This document shows, piece by piece, positions 19,693 through 29,565 of a stretch of DNA of 64,000 nucleotides. The DNA is from an uncultured Bacteroidota bacterium. GTDB lineage: Bacteria; Bacteroidota; Ignavibacteria; Ignavibacteriales; Ignavibacteriaceae. A program made the translations under genes and the position numbers. The stretch's first letter is position 1. Each line of letters starts with the position of its first letter. Where the stretch lies: positions 702,884 to 766,883 of the forward strand of contig CAVXRO010000006.1 of assembly GCA_963764235.1 (NCBI GenBank). The letters are read 5' to 3'. The notes below the pieces were generated by a model, which had not been told where the DNA came from, ran no database searches, and was given only the letters and a program-made list of their open reading frames with translations.

Positions 19693-19784
19693 CCTGTATA
19701 TGGAGATGTGTTATCCTAATCTTTTTACTTTGAATTTTCACACCCGGAGAGCTATTTTTATTTTTTTATTTCGAAAGAGAATTA

Positions 19785-21584
19785 ATGCTAAGGGCCGCGT
19801 TATTACTGCTTATAATTCCTTTCTTTGCCGGGTTTCCTCAACAAAGTGATTCAATCATTGCAAAGATAGGAAATATTGAAATATCGAAACAGGAATTTCA
19901 GGAGAGGTACGAGCTAACTCCCTTTTTAGGGAAGGAAATAAGGGCCGATGCATCAGCATTAAAAAAGGAAGTTCTTTATTCCCTCATTGCTGAGAAACTT
20001 TTCTCTCTCCAAGCCCGGGATATGAATATTGACACTTCCGACATAGTTGCCCGTACTCTCGATGGATATAAGAAAATGTTCGTGCGGGACGCTCTTTATA
20101 AAAAGGAGATAAGACAAAGAGCTGCTAAAACTGCCGACAGTCTTCTCACCCTCTATATCGGAAAAGCCTCTGAAATATGGTTTACTTATATATCTGCTCA
20201 TGATGAACAGCAGATAAATAATATTTTTGCACTTCTTAAAAAAGGTGTCCCTTTCGATTCTGTGTATAATGCTTTTGGCTCGTTGAATGATACATTAAAG
20301 ACCAGGATAGGGGATCATGACCCTGAGATTGAAGATGAAATATTTAATCTGCCCGAACAAGCATATACGAAACCGCTGATGATGGATAACAACTGGTATA
20401 TACTGAAAATTGTAAAAAAAATTAACCCTGTACTTACTCAAATGAGCGGATGGGAGGAGGATTATAAGCGGCTTAAACAAACAGCCCAGGAAAGAGCTGA
20501 GGAGATCTATTATAAAGAGTTTATGGTTAATTTCTTTAAGGATAAGAAGATCAGGGCTGACGGGAACCTGTTGAAGCTGTTCGCTGACAAGGTTGATGAC
20601 GTACTAAAAGAAAAAGCGCAAACACGGAAATCAGATACCGACAAAGTCTATATCAATAATACCGACCTGATTAAAATCGAAAATGAAATCGGTTCTGAGA
20701 AATTGAATACAGTTTATTTAAAATTGAATAATAAGCCGGTAACGCTCAAAGACTTTATATTATATTTCCGCTTTGAACCCATAGGGACTGCTGCGATTGA
20801 TCCGAAATCCATTCTTGATCTGCTTAATTCAAAAACCCGTCATTATATTGAACAGGAACTACTGGCTGAAGAGGGATTAAAAGAAGGACTGGACAAACTT
20901 CCGTCCGTTGAACACTCTTACAGAATGTGGAGGGACAATTATTATTTCTATCTTCTTCAGAATATGTTTAATGATTCCACCGCTGTCAGCGATAAAGAAG
21001 TTCTTGACTATTATGCCTCCGAAGGTAAAAGGGACAGCCCTGGGGAAGAGATAAAAATTTCCAGGATAAAAGTTGACAGTCTTGAAACCATCGAAAAAAT
21101 TCTTAATGAAATTGATAGTGGAAACAGCTTTGAAGCGCTTGCAGAAAAGTATTCCGGCGGTAATAATACTGAAGGATATGCACCTGCGTCCTCATTCGGT
21201 GAGATCGGAAGGATCTCTGAATCGATGAAACCCGGAGAGGTTTACGGTCCTTTGAAAACAGGGGATAGCTATACTTTATTTAAGCTGCTTGACAGAAGAA
21301 CTGAAGAAAAGCAGGGCTCATTTGAATCAGAAAAGGAGAATATCAGGAAAATGCTTGCCGGGGAAAAATTCAGGGCTAAGCTCGTTAATTTCACAACATC
21401 TCTTGCAATGAAATATGGTTTCTCAATAAACCGGGAATCTCTTTCAAACCTGAATGTAACCGGTATAAATTCTATGGTATACCAGGTGCTGGGATTTGGT
21501 GGAAAGATACCGGCTGTTCCTCTTTCACTCCCTGCAATTCAATGGTACAATAACTGGAAAGAGAAGCACGATATAATTCAGTAG
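19785..21584 (+). CDS. SurA-like peptidyl-prolyl cis-trans isomerase (PpiC/parvulin domain)
   Basis: 599 aa with signal peptide. Parvulin-like block 'IKISRIKVDSLETIEKILNEIDSGNSFEALAEKYS...GEVYGPLKTGDSYTLFKLLDR'. Confidence 0.75.
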   Translation: MLRAALLLLIIPFFAGFPQQSDSIIAKIGNIEISKQEFQERYELTPFLGKEIRADASALKKEVLYSLIAEKLFSLQARDMNIDTSDIVARTLDGYKKMFVRDALYKKEIRQRAAKTADSLLTLYIGKASEIWFTYISAHDEQQINNIFALLKKGVPFDSVYNAFGSLNDTLKTRIGDHDPEIEDEIFNLPEQAYTKPLMMDNNWYILKIVKKINPVLTQMSGWEEDYKRLKQTAQERAEEIYYKEFMVNFFKDKKIRADGNLLKLFADKVDDVLKEKAQTRKSDTDKVYINNTDLIKIENEIGSEKLNTVYLKLNNKPVTLKDFILYFRFEPIGTAAIDPKSILDLLNSKTRHYIEQELLAEEGLKEGLDKLPSVEHSYRMWRDNYYFYLLQNMFNDSTAVSDKEVLDYYASEGKRDSPGEEIKISRIKVDSLETIEKILNEIDSGNSFEALAEKYSGGNNTEGYAPASSFGEIGRISESMKPGEVYGPLKTGDSYTLFKLLDRRTEEKQGSFESEKENIRKMLAGEKFRAKLVNFTTSLAMKYGFSINRESLSNLNVTGINSMVYQVLGFGGKIPAVPLSLPAIQWYNNWKEKHDIIQ

Positions 21585-21597
21585 CATCCGGGGAGGA

Positions 21598-22461
21598 TCA
21601 TTTTTCCTTAAGCAGCTGGTTTTTACAGCTATCCAGATTTGCTTTTTGTTCCTCGGACAGAACCGGGTAAGACATTTTTATTCCCTCCAGTGTCTCCACT
21701 ATAACCTGGGAAACAGCATACCGCATAAACCATTTATGATCTGCCGGTATTATAAACCAGGGCGAATGCTTTTTACTTGTTGCAGAAATTGCTTCAGCGT
21801 AAGCTTGCTGATACTTATCCCAGTACTTTCGTTCATCAATGTCTGATGCCGAAAACTTCCAGTTCTTCTCAGGAGTATCTATCCGTTTCAGGAATCGGTT
21901 TTTCTGTTCTTCCTTAGAAACGTGAAGAAAAAATTTAAGTATGATGGTGCCGTTTTCGTATAAATACTTTTCGAAATCGTTTATTTCCCGATACCGTATA
22001 TCCCAGATATCCTGATTTACCAATCCCGGCGGAATCTTTTGGTTTTTGATCAGGTCGTGTACTCTGACTATAAGAACCTCTTCATAATGCGACCTGTTAA
22101 AGATACCGATTCTACCTCTTTCAGGAACGTGTTTGTGGATCCTCCAGAGGTAATCGTGATCAAGCTCTTCCACCGAGGGCTGCTTAAAGCTGAATACCTG
22201 GGTTCCCTGGGGATTAAGTCCCGACATCACATGTTTGATAGTACCATCTTTTCCGGCAGCATCCATTGCCTGAAAAATTATAAGCATAGAATACTTATCA
22301 TACGCGTACAACATATTCTGAAGCGAAAACATTTGCTTTATATTCTCCTTCAGAATATCCTTAGCATCACCTTTGGATTTAAAGCTTCCCGTATCGGAAG
22401 TACTGAGTTCCTCTAATGAAACTTTTGTATCTGGTTTAACAAGGTAATCTTTTTTCTTCAA
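21598..22461 (-). CDS. Polyphosphate kinase 2 (PPK2) family phosphotransferase
   Basis: 287 aa. 'IIFQAMDAAGKDGTIKHV' (Walker-A-like) and 'DHDYLWRIHKHVPERGRIGIFNRSHYE'. TTG start overlaps the upstream stop (TTGA). Confidence 0.85.
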   Translation of the reverse strand: MKKKDYLVKPDTKVSLEELSTSDTGSFKSKGDAKDILKENIKQMFSLQNMLYAYDKYSMLIIFQAMDAAGKDGTIKHVMSGLNPQGTQVFSFKQPSVEELDHDYLWRIHKHVPERGRIGIFNRSHYEEVLIVRVHDLIKNQKIPPGLVNQDIWDIRYREINDFEKYLYENGTIILKFFLHVSKEEQKNRFLKRIDTPEKNWKFSASDIDERKYWDKYQQAYAEAISATSKKHSPWFIIPADHKWFMRYAVSQVIVETLEGIKMSYPVLSEEQKANLDSCKNQLLKEK

Positions 22462-23456
22462 TCCTGTTTATTTTCTTTTGTTTCAAACTTATTGACTTTA
22501 TGATGCACCGGCGGAACGGTTTTAAGATAATCATAGATTGCACTAAGATCCTGCCCGGTCATTCCGGCGTATAATGTCCAGGGCATTGGTGTGTTAAATT
22601 CACCTGGCTTAACATTTATTACCTTATTCTCATATTGTTTGAAGCGCAGCAGGAAATCCTCTTTGGTCCATCGTCCGATTCCGGTTTCAATATCGGGAGT
22701 TATATTAGCCGAAGCCGCATCACCCCCGTTAACATTAAAAGGAGTTCCTCCCGCCAATTCTAGATCCTCTATAAATTTACCTTTATCCATCGGAGTATGA
22801 CAGCTTCTGCAGCCTGATATCGTTACAAGATACTTGCCGAAATCAACGGTCTTTGATTCATCAGCAGAATTAATCGGAATATAGGATTCGGGAGGGATTG
22901 TTTTAATGATCAGGTTCATAGGAAAATTGATCTTGCTTTCCGGCACCTCGTGTACGATCGGTTTGAGAGTCCTAATATATGAAATAACCGAATAGAGATC
23001 TTCCATTCCCAGCTGGTGGTATTCAGGATAGGGCATAATCGGAAACAATACCCTGTTGTCTTTTGCAACGCCTGTTGTAATTGCTCTTAAAACCTCTCCA
23101 TTAGTCCATTCACCTATACCGAGAGGAGTTATATTGCTTGCAAAGACTGTCCCGGGCACATTCTCCTCAAACTTATGACCTCCCATTCCTTCTGTTCCGG
23201 GAATGACGGGACCGGAAAAAACCGACCAGTTCCTTTGAGAATGACACGGCAGGCACACCGTTACGTGATTAACCAGGTAATCACCTCTGTCGATTCTTTT
23301 TTGTGTAGGGTAAATTTCTACTTCTGTTGCAGGCTGGGTTACAGGATAGGTAAGATTAAAATAAATATATCCCCCGATAATAAGCACGAGTACGGTTAGA
23401 AATAGATATTTAAGAAATTTCAGAAATCTCTTTTTTCCGCTCCTTCTTTTGCTCAT
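22458..23456 (-). CDS. Membrane-anchored dihaem c-type cytochrome (paralog 1)
   Basis: 332 aa. N-terminal TM helix, two CxxCH motifs ('CLPCH', 'CRSCH'), 'LFPIMPYP' and 'NITPDIETGIGRW'. Confidence 0.85.
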   Translation of the reverse strand: MSKRRSGKKRFLKFLKYLFLTVLVLIIGGYIYFNLTYPVTQPATEVEIYPTQKRIDRGDYLVNHVTVCLPCHSQRNWSVFSGPVIPGTEGMGGHKFEENVPGTVFASNITPLGIGEWTNGEVLRAITTGVAKDNRVLFPIMPYPEYHQLGMEDLYSVISYIRTLKPIVHEVPESKINFPMNLIIKTIPPESYIPINSADESKTVDFGKYLVTISGCRSCHTPMDKGKFIEDLELAGGTPFNVNGGDAASANITPDIETGIGRWTKEDFLLRFKQYENKVINVKPGEFNTPMPWTLYAGMTGQDLSAIYDYLKTVPPVHHKVNKFETKENKQD

Positions 23457-23645
23457 TTGATTCTACCGGATAATATAAATTGGTATAAAGGACAGGATAA
23501 ACCTAAGGAAAATATTTATATCCCGAAAGAATAAATTTCATAAAAGAGAAGAGGCTGTCCGGATAACATTTAATAGTATAAAATGACCCGTATACCTGAA
23601 CTGACAAATCCGTTTTTTTTAACACAGCCTCTCTGATAATTTTTC

Positions 23646-24626
23646 CTATTGTTTTGCAGGGGTAAAATGTATAACGCTGTTCTGAACCGGTTTAACTGTT
23701 CTCAGGTAATCATAAATAGCACTAAGATCTTCTTCAGTAATACCGGCGAAAAAATCCCAGGGCATGATTGTATTATAAGCACCGGGTTTAACACTAATAT
23801 TTCTGACTGAATCGGAGGCAAATGTTTTGAATCTGGCAATGAATTCTTCTTTTGTCCATCTGCCGATTCCTGTTGTACTATCGGGTGTTATATTTGCACT
23901 TCTCATCAATCCCCAGGGAAGGTGGAACTCCATGCCTCCGGCCAGGTACATTCCGGGCTTGGGTTCACCCTGATCAGACTGGGTATGGCAATCTGTACAG
24001 GATGCGATTGTTACAAGATACTCTCCGTATTTTATACGGTTGTTTTTGTCTACTTCAACGGGTGAATATGTTTTCGGAGGCATTGTTTTCACAATCATGG
24101 AAAGCGGGAAATCAAGTTCTGTATCAGGAACCTTATTTTCCACAGGCTGGAGTGAGCGGACATAAGCAACTATAGAATACAGATCCTCCCTGGTCATATG
24201 ATTAAATCCGGGATATGGCATTATTGGAAATAACGCCTTATTATCTTTAGTGACTCCCTGTGTTATAGCTCTGATAAGCTCGCCGTCGGTCCATTGTCCG
24301 ATCCCGGCAGGAGTAATATTTTTTACATAAATATCACCGGGAAATCCCTCTTCTTTTCCAAATTTTCCGCCGCCCTTTCCTTCAGTCCCGGGTATAAGCG
24401 GTGCTCCGTATTTCGACCAGTCTCTCTCCGAGTGGCAGTCAATACAACCTGCAACATGATTAGCAAGGTATTCTCCCCGTTTGATTCTTTCCGGCGTTAT
24501 TTCAACTTTAATATCAGCAGGTTTATCGACATCCGGATACCTGGAGTTGAAATAAATAAAGCCGACTGCTAACAGAAGAACAATTACGCCGACTATATAG
24601 CCGGCTATCCGTAGGAACTTTTTCAT
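23646..24626 (-). CDS. Membrane-anchored dihaem c-type cytochrome (paralog 2)
   Basis: Start at internal ATG 24626 ('MKKFLRIAGYIVGVIVLLL'). 'CIDCH' and 'CTDCH'. Collinear similarity to 22458..23456 along the whole length. Confidence 0.85.
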   Translation of the reverse strand: MKKFLRIAGYIVGVIVLLLAVGFIYFNSRYPDVDKPADIKVEITPERIKRGEYLANHVAGCIDCHSERDWSKYGAPLIPGTEGKGGGKFGKEEGFPGDIYVKNITPAGIGQWTDGELIRAITQGVTKDNKALFPIMPYPGFNHMTREDLYSIVAYVRSLQPVENKVPDTELDFPLSMIVKTMPPKTYSPVEVDKNNRIKYGEYLVTIASCTDCHTQSDQGEPKPGMYLAGGMEFHLPWGLMRSANITPDSTTGIGRWTKEEFIARFKTFASDSVRNISVKPGAYNTIMPWDFFAGITEEDLSAIYDYLRTVKPVQNSVIHFTPAKQ

Positions 24627-24920
24627 CTTGAACCTTTTGTTTGTTGTTATTATTGAGTTAAAAAAACCTGTCGTCCGTTTTTCCTGATTCACGGTAAAAA
24701 CATAAATTACCCTGATCCGGCTGAAAAAACGGGAATTACCTTCCTCCAGGTAATGGCGAAGGCAATAAGATAAATTTCTTGGGAATCGGACAGGAATCTA
24801 CTGCGAAGAACTATTTTAGTCAATACCGCTTGTGTAAAAAAAAGTCCCTTCCTGTAGTGGGGAAATGTATTTGTAGATTTTCAATTTTAGTTTTAATTTA
24901 GAAATAAACCGGAGAATTAT

Positions 24921-25136
24921 ATGATAAGCAAAGAATTACTGGATATATTATGCTGTCCGGAAACAAAGGCAGAACTTGTGCTGGATGGAGAAACGCTTGT
25001 TTCGACGGACAAAAATACCCGTCGGCGTTACCGTATTGAGGATGACATTCCGATCATGCTCATAGATGAATCTGAACAGCTGAGCATGCAGGAGTGGAAG
25101 GAAATTATGAAGAAGCATGGCAGGAAAACTGACTGA
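24921..25136 (+). CDS. Trm112/UPF0434 family small zinc-ribbon-like protein
   Basis: 71 aa. 'LLDILCCPETKAELVLDGE...YRIEDDIPIMLIDES'. Confidence 0.8.
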   Translation: MISKELLDILCCPETKAELVLDGETLVSTDKNTRRRYRIEDDIPIMLIDESEQLSMQEWKEIMKKHGRKTD

Positions 25137-25190
25137 TTTTCTTCGTAATTTTCAATATGTTTGATTTACTATTCACAAATTCTCACTTTT

Positions 25191-25769
25191 ATGGATCCAA
25201 TTAATATTTTGATAGGACTCAACGTTGTTGCAACGTTCGGTGCGCATTATACAGGCGCAAAAAGAGGACTCCGCTCTGCAATAGGTGCAGCAAAGGAAAA
25301 ACCAACAAGTTTTCTACAGACTGTCCCAGTTTATCTGTCAACCTTAACACTACTGGGTACGATCATCGGCGTCTTCCGGATCGGTACACTGGAATACCTT
25401 CCTTCGTATGAACCGGTAAGGATAATAGGGCTGTGCTTTTTCCTGGTCTTTTCGTGGATACAGATTCTAACTGTTAAAACTCTTGCTGAAAACTATTCCC
25501 AGGAAGTCCTGATCCATAAAGATCATGTGCTTGTTACCAGCGGAATTTTCAGAGTAGTAAGACATCCCCAGTACCTGTCCCAGATTTTAATGGACCTCGG
25601 TGCTGCAGCTGCACTGCTTAGTTATATTGTTCTGCCTCTTGCAATAATTGAGATCCCCCTGCTCATAATGCGGGCTATGATGGAGGAAAGACTCCTTGCA
25701 AAATACTTTAAAGATGAGTATAAAGAGTACAAAAAGAAGAGCGGATTTTTAATCCCGTTTATCGGTTAG
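25191..25769 (+). CDS. Isoprenylcysteine carboxyl methyltransferase (ICMT)/phospholipid-methyltransferase-like membrane protein
   Basis: 'LVTSGIFRVVRHPQYLSQIL' is the family signature. Multiple TM helices. ATG at 25191 preferred over the TTG at 25161 given in the track. Confidence 0.75.
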   Translation: MDPINILIGLNVVATFGAHYTGAKRGLRSAIGAAKEKPTSFLQTVPVYLSTLTLLGTIIGVFRIGTLEYLPSYEPVRIIGLCFFLVFSWIQILTVKTLAENYSQEVLIHKDHVLVTSGIFRVVRHPQYLSQILMDLGAAAALLSYIVLPLAIIEIPLLIMRAMMEERLLAKYFKDEYKEYKKKSGFLIPFIG

Positions 25770-27323
25770 ATGAAGATATGGAATATGCGGAAGTCAGTTT
25801 ATTTTATAGTTAGTTTTATAATCTTATTACAGGGTTTAATATTTGCACAGAATGCAGATGAGATTGTCCTTAATACCTCAAAAGGTACAAGCTATATCCC
25901 GGTTTATAAACGCCAGGGCATAATTTACTTTTCAATAAATCATTTCGCTGATGCAACTTCTGCGTCGTATTATATAAACGACGAGACAAAAAAAATCGAG
26001 TTAAAGTATCCGGAACATAATCTTAAAATAACAGGCCAGAACCCATTTATTATTCTTACCACTAAGGATAATAAAACAGAAAAAATATTTCAGCTCCCAA
26101 CTTCCACATACTTATTAAACAATAATATCTACGTTCCCCTGTTTTACACTCTTGATATTCTCAGGAAGGCTTCGGGTCAGGATATAGTAATAGAAAGCGA
26201 CAGAAGGATTGCGATAAGGGGGAAACTGTCGGACGAGATTCCCGATGCGACAACAGCGAAGTTAAATATAACAGATCTTAGGATTGAGCAGAAGGCGAAC
26301 GGTACCTTGATAAGAGTTAAAACGAATAAGCGGATACCTTCATATTACAGCAGCTATAAGAAGGGACTGCTTACAATCATCTTTCGTAAAGTGAATGCTG
26401 ATCTGAACAGGATGGCTTCGGTGGCCGGGAAGGGATTGGTAAAGGATATCAATGTTAGGAATATCGGACCCGATACTCAGTTCGAGTTTTCTGTAGGAAA
26501 GGATTATTCAAGCAGCGAAGTACTGAATGTTGACGGAAGTAAGGACATCCAGATCGCAATTCACAACAAAGCGTTTTCCAATACTGTCGATAATGATAAA
26601 AATAAGGAAAAGTGGAAGTTTGATGTGATCGTGCTGGACGCCGGACACGGAGGAAAAGATGCAGGCGCAATCGGGGTGAACGGGGTGAAGGAGAAAGATG
26701 TAAACCTGGCGGTAACCCTTGCACTGGGCCGGCTGATTGAGAAAGAAATGAAGGATGTAAAAGTTGTTTATACCAGGAAGAATGATACGTTCGTTGAACT
26801 TTACCGTCGCGGTAAAATAGCTAATGAGAATGACGGCAAGCTGTTTATTTCTATTCATTGCAATTCTACACCGAAGAAACCGACAGATGCAAGCGGGTTT
26901 GAGGTTTACTTATTGCGGCCGGGAAGAACGAAAGAAGCAATCTCTATAGCAGAAAGAGAAAACAGTGTAATACAATATGAAGAAAATCCTAAAAGGTATG
27001 AGAAACTAACTGATGAGAATTTTATCCTGGTAAGTATGGCCCATTCAGCCTATATGCGGTACTCGGAAAGGTTCTCGGAGCTGGTTGATAAGAGTTATCC
27101 TCTGCAGACAGATATTCCATCCCGCGGGGTTAAACAGGCTGGCTTTTATGTCCTTGTGGGTGCCTCAATGCCCAGCGTTCTCGTTGAAACAGGATTTATT
27201 TCCAACCGGCATGATGCAAAATATATTTCCAGTAAAAAAGGACAGGAGAAAATCGCCGAAGCGATCTTCAATGCCATAAAAAGCTACAAAAAATTCTACG
27301 AATCCTCTCTTGAGAACAATTAA
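25770..27323 (+). CDS. N-acetylmuramoyl-L-alanine amidase (Amidase_3 type) with N-terminal extra domains
   Basis: 517 aa. 'VIVLDAGHGGKDAGAIG', 'LFISIHCNS', 'GFYVLVGASMPSVLVETGFISN'. Confidence 0.9.
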   Translation: MKIWNMRKSVYFIVSFIILLQGLIFAQNADEIVLNTSKGTSYIPVYKRQGIIYFSINHFADATSASYYINDETKKIELKYPEHNLKITGQNPFIILTTKDNKTEKIFQLPTSTYLLNNNIYVPLFYTLDILRKASGQDIVIESDRRIAIRGKLSDEIPDATTAKLNITDLRIEQKANGTLIRVKTNKRIPSYYSSYKKGLLTIIFRKVNADLNRMASVAGKGLVKDINVRNIGPDTQFEFSVGKDYSSSEVLNVDGSKDIQIAIHNKAFSNTVDNDKNKEKWKFDVIVLDAGHGGKDAGAIGVNGVKEKDVNLAVTLALGRLIEKEMKDVKVVYTRKNDTFVELYRRGKIANENDGKLFISIHCNSTPKKPTDASGFEVYLLRPGRTKEAISIAERENSVIQYEENPKRYEKLTDENFILVSMAHSAYMRYSERFSELVDKSYPLQTDIPSRGVKQAGFYVLVGASMPSVLVETGFISNRHDAKYISSKKGQEKIAEAIFNAIKSYKKFYESSLENN

Positions 27324-27500
27324 CAGGCTCCGGTTTAGGTAAAATTTCTCCGAAAACCTCCTTTCTCATTATTACAGCCTGCCCTTAATTTGATCCAAAT
27401 CACATAGATATTTGCCGTTCATAAGAATTAATTTGGATTTTATTATTCGATCATATACATTTGGAAACCGAAAAAACAATATGAGTTTCCTTATGGGACG

Positions 27501-27525
27501 AACAGATAAAACATCTGTTTTTTTT
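27501..27525 (+). terminator. Weak AT-rich hairpin plus T-run (possible amidase terminator)
   Basis: 'aacagat' / 'atctgtt' 7-bp stem with a 5-nt loop, followed by a T-run to 27525. Confidence 0.4.
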
Positions 27526-27559
27526 GACACCAAATGGAAACTGAATAAACTAATTCAGT
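27524..27559 (+). promoter_or_regulatory. Candidate promoter with overlapping palindromic operator for the TetR/efflux operon
   Basis: TTGACA at 27524..27529, 16-nt spacer, TAAACT at 27546..27551. Perfect inverted repeat ACTGAAT-N6-ATTCAGT at 27540..27559, 28 nt before the tetR-like ATG. Confidence 0.5.
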
Positions 27560-27586
27560 GTCCTGCAGAATAGGAGAATAAGAGAG

Positions 27587-28228
27587 ATGCACGAAGAAAA
27601 AGAGATCAAAGAGAGAATATTGAGTCAGGCCGAGCAGCTGTTCATACAGTTCGGATACTCTAAAGTCACGATGGATGAGATTGCAGCAAGTCTTGGAATG
27701 AGTAAAAAGACTCTGTATAAATTCTTTCCAGGGAAGGAAGTATTAGTCAAAGAAATGATAACCTCGATGAAGTGTTCTATTGACGATCATATAGAATTTA
27801 TCTGGAATAATCAGAAAATGGATTTTATGGATAAACTAAAATCTGTAATGAATTTCATCGGGAAGCAGACCACAAAACTTCACGGTCCGCTGCTCGAAGA
27901 CCTTCACAAAAACATTCCGGAAGTATGGAAGGAAATACATGATTTCCGGAAGGCGAATGCAGTTAAAAGGTTCACAACTTTTATAAATGAGGGAGTGGAA
28001 AAAGGTGTGTTCAGAAAAGATATTGACAGGCAGCTAATAATACTTTTTTACCTGCACGCTATTCAGGGGATGATAAATCCTGAGACATTAACCCAGCTCC
28101 CATATTCAGCAAACCAGGTATTCGATGCGGTTATCAGGATAATATTTGAGGGAATATTAACAGAAGAGGGGCGTAACGAGTATTTATCATATAACAGTGA
28201 AGAAATAATTAAAGGAGAAAATCAGTAA
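27587..28228 (+). CDS. TetR/AcrR family transcriptional regulator
   Basis: 213 aa. N-terminal HTH 'AEQLFIQFGYSKVTMDEIAASLGMSKKTLYKFF'. Confidence 0.9.
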   Translation: MHEEKEIKERILSQAEQLFIQFGYSKVTMDEIAASLGMSKKTLYKFFPGKEVLVKEMITSMKCSIDDHIEFIWNNQKMDFMDKLKSVMNFIGKQTTKLHGPLLEDLHKNIPEVWKEIHDFRKANAVKRFTTFINEGVEKGVFRKDIDRQLIILFYLHAIQGMINPETLTQLPYSANQVFDAVIRIIFEGILTEEGRNEYLSYNSEEIIKGENQ

Positions 28229-29547
28229 TGAAATCCGGACTAACAGGGATTTTAATATTTCTCTTCTCAGGAATTTTTTCTGTTAATTTATTTGCCCAGG
28301 ATTCACGTAACCTAACCCTGGAAGAGAGTATTCAAATCGGACTAAAGAACAGTGAATTAATTCATTCATCTCAGATGAAAGTTAATTATGCCGAAGCAAG
28401 GTGGAGCGAAGTTAATACTTACCGGCTTCCGTCATTAAAATTAAATGCGTCTTACACAAGACTCAGTGAAATTGAACCTTTCATTCTGAATACACCTTTC
28501 GGCAATTTTGATATTCAGCCTTCGATAGTTAATAACTATAATATTAAGCTTTCGCTTCAGCAGCCGATTTTTACCGGCTTCAGGTTATCTAGCAGTTCCA
28601 ACATTGCCGAATACACTTATGAAGCTCAGAAACAAGAATATACCAAAGATGAGCAGCAGCTTATCTATGATATAAAAAAAGCATACTGGGGATTGTTTGA
28701 TGTAACAAAGGTTAAAAGTGTTGTCGATGAAAATATAGATCTCATTAAAGCTCATCTTTCTGATGTAAAGAATTTCTATGAGAACGGAATCTCAACAAAG
28801 AACGATGTACTGAAAGTTCAGGTTCAACTTGCCGAAGCAGAGCTCCGCCAGATCGATGCTGATAATGGAGTGAAATTAGCAACGAGTAATTTGAACAATG
28901 TGATAGGGTTGCCGTTATCAACAAATATTGAGGTGCAGTCTGACGTTACATTGGAAGATGAGAATACCCCCGATCTTGATCAGCTTATCCAGGAGGCAAT
29001 AGAAAACAGGCCTGAGCTCAAATCAATGGATTTCCGCCTGAAGGCCGGTGAGAGCGGTGTTACTATGGCTGAATCCGGCTGGTACCCGCAGATCTACCTT
29101 GCAGGGAATTATTACTATTCGAGACCCAACCAGCGCATATTCCCGGCCGAGGATAAATTTAACGGGACCTGGGATGTGAGCGTAGGATTATCATGGGATA
29201 TATGGAACTGGCTGGCAACAAGTGACCAGACGAAGCAGGCAGAGGCCCAGCTGGAACAGGTGAAGGACGGATATAAGAGTCTGAAAGATGGTGTCAGTCT
29301 TGAAGTAACCCAGAACTACCTGAATTTGCTGAAAGCAAAGGAGAAGGTTATTGCCTCCAACCAGAGCGTTCACCAGGCAGAAGAAAATTACCGTGTTACA
29401 AATGAAACATTTAAGAATGGTCTTGCATTGAACTCAGATTTGCTGGATGCGGAGTTTGCCTTGCTTCAGGCGAAGACAAACTATATACAGTCACTTGCGG
29501 ATTATGAGCTTGCAAAAGCAGGTTTAGAAAAATCAATTGGTAAATAA
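28228..29547 (+). CDS. TolC-family outer-membrane efflux protein
   Basis: 439 aa. Signal peptide and two-repeat coiled structure ('LTLEESIQIGLKNS...', 'YPQIYLAGNYYYSRP'). Start overlaps the tetR stop (TAATG). Confidence 0.85.
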   Translation: MKSGLTGILIFLFSGIFSVNLFAQDSRNLTLEESIQIGLKNSELIHSSQMKVNYAEARWSEVNTYRLPSLKLNASYTRLSEIEPFILNTPFGNFDIQPSIVNNYNIKLSLQQPIFTGFRLSSSSNIAEYTYEAQKQEYTKDEQQLIYDIKKAYWGLFDVTKVKSVVDENIDLIKAHLSDVKNFYENGISTKNDVLKVQVQLAEAELRQIDADNGVKLATSNLNNVIGLPLSTNIEVQSDVTLEDENTPDLDQLIQEAIENRPELKSMDFRLKAGESGVTMAESGWYPQIYLAGNYYYSRPNQRIFPAEDKFNGTWDVSVGLSWDIWNWLATSDQTKQAEAQLEQVKDGYKSLKDGVSLEVTQNYLNLLKAKEKVIASNQSVHQAEENYRVTNETFKNGLALNSDLLDAEFALLQAKTNYIQSLADYELAKAGLEKSIGK

Positions 29548-29565
29548 ATATAGAGAGCATATAAT

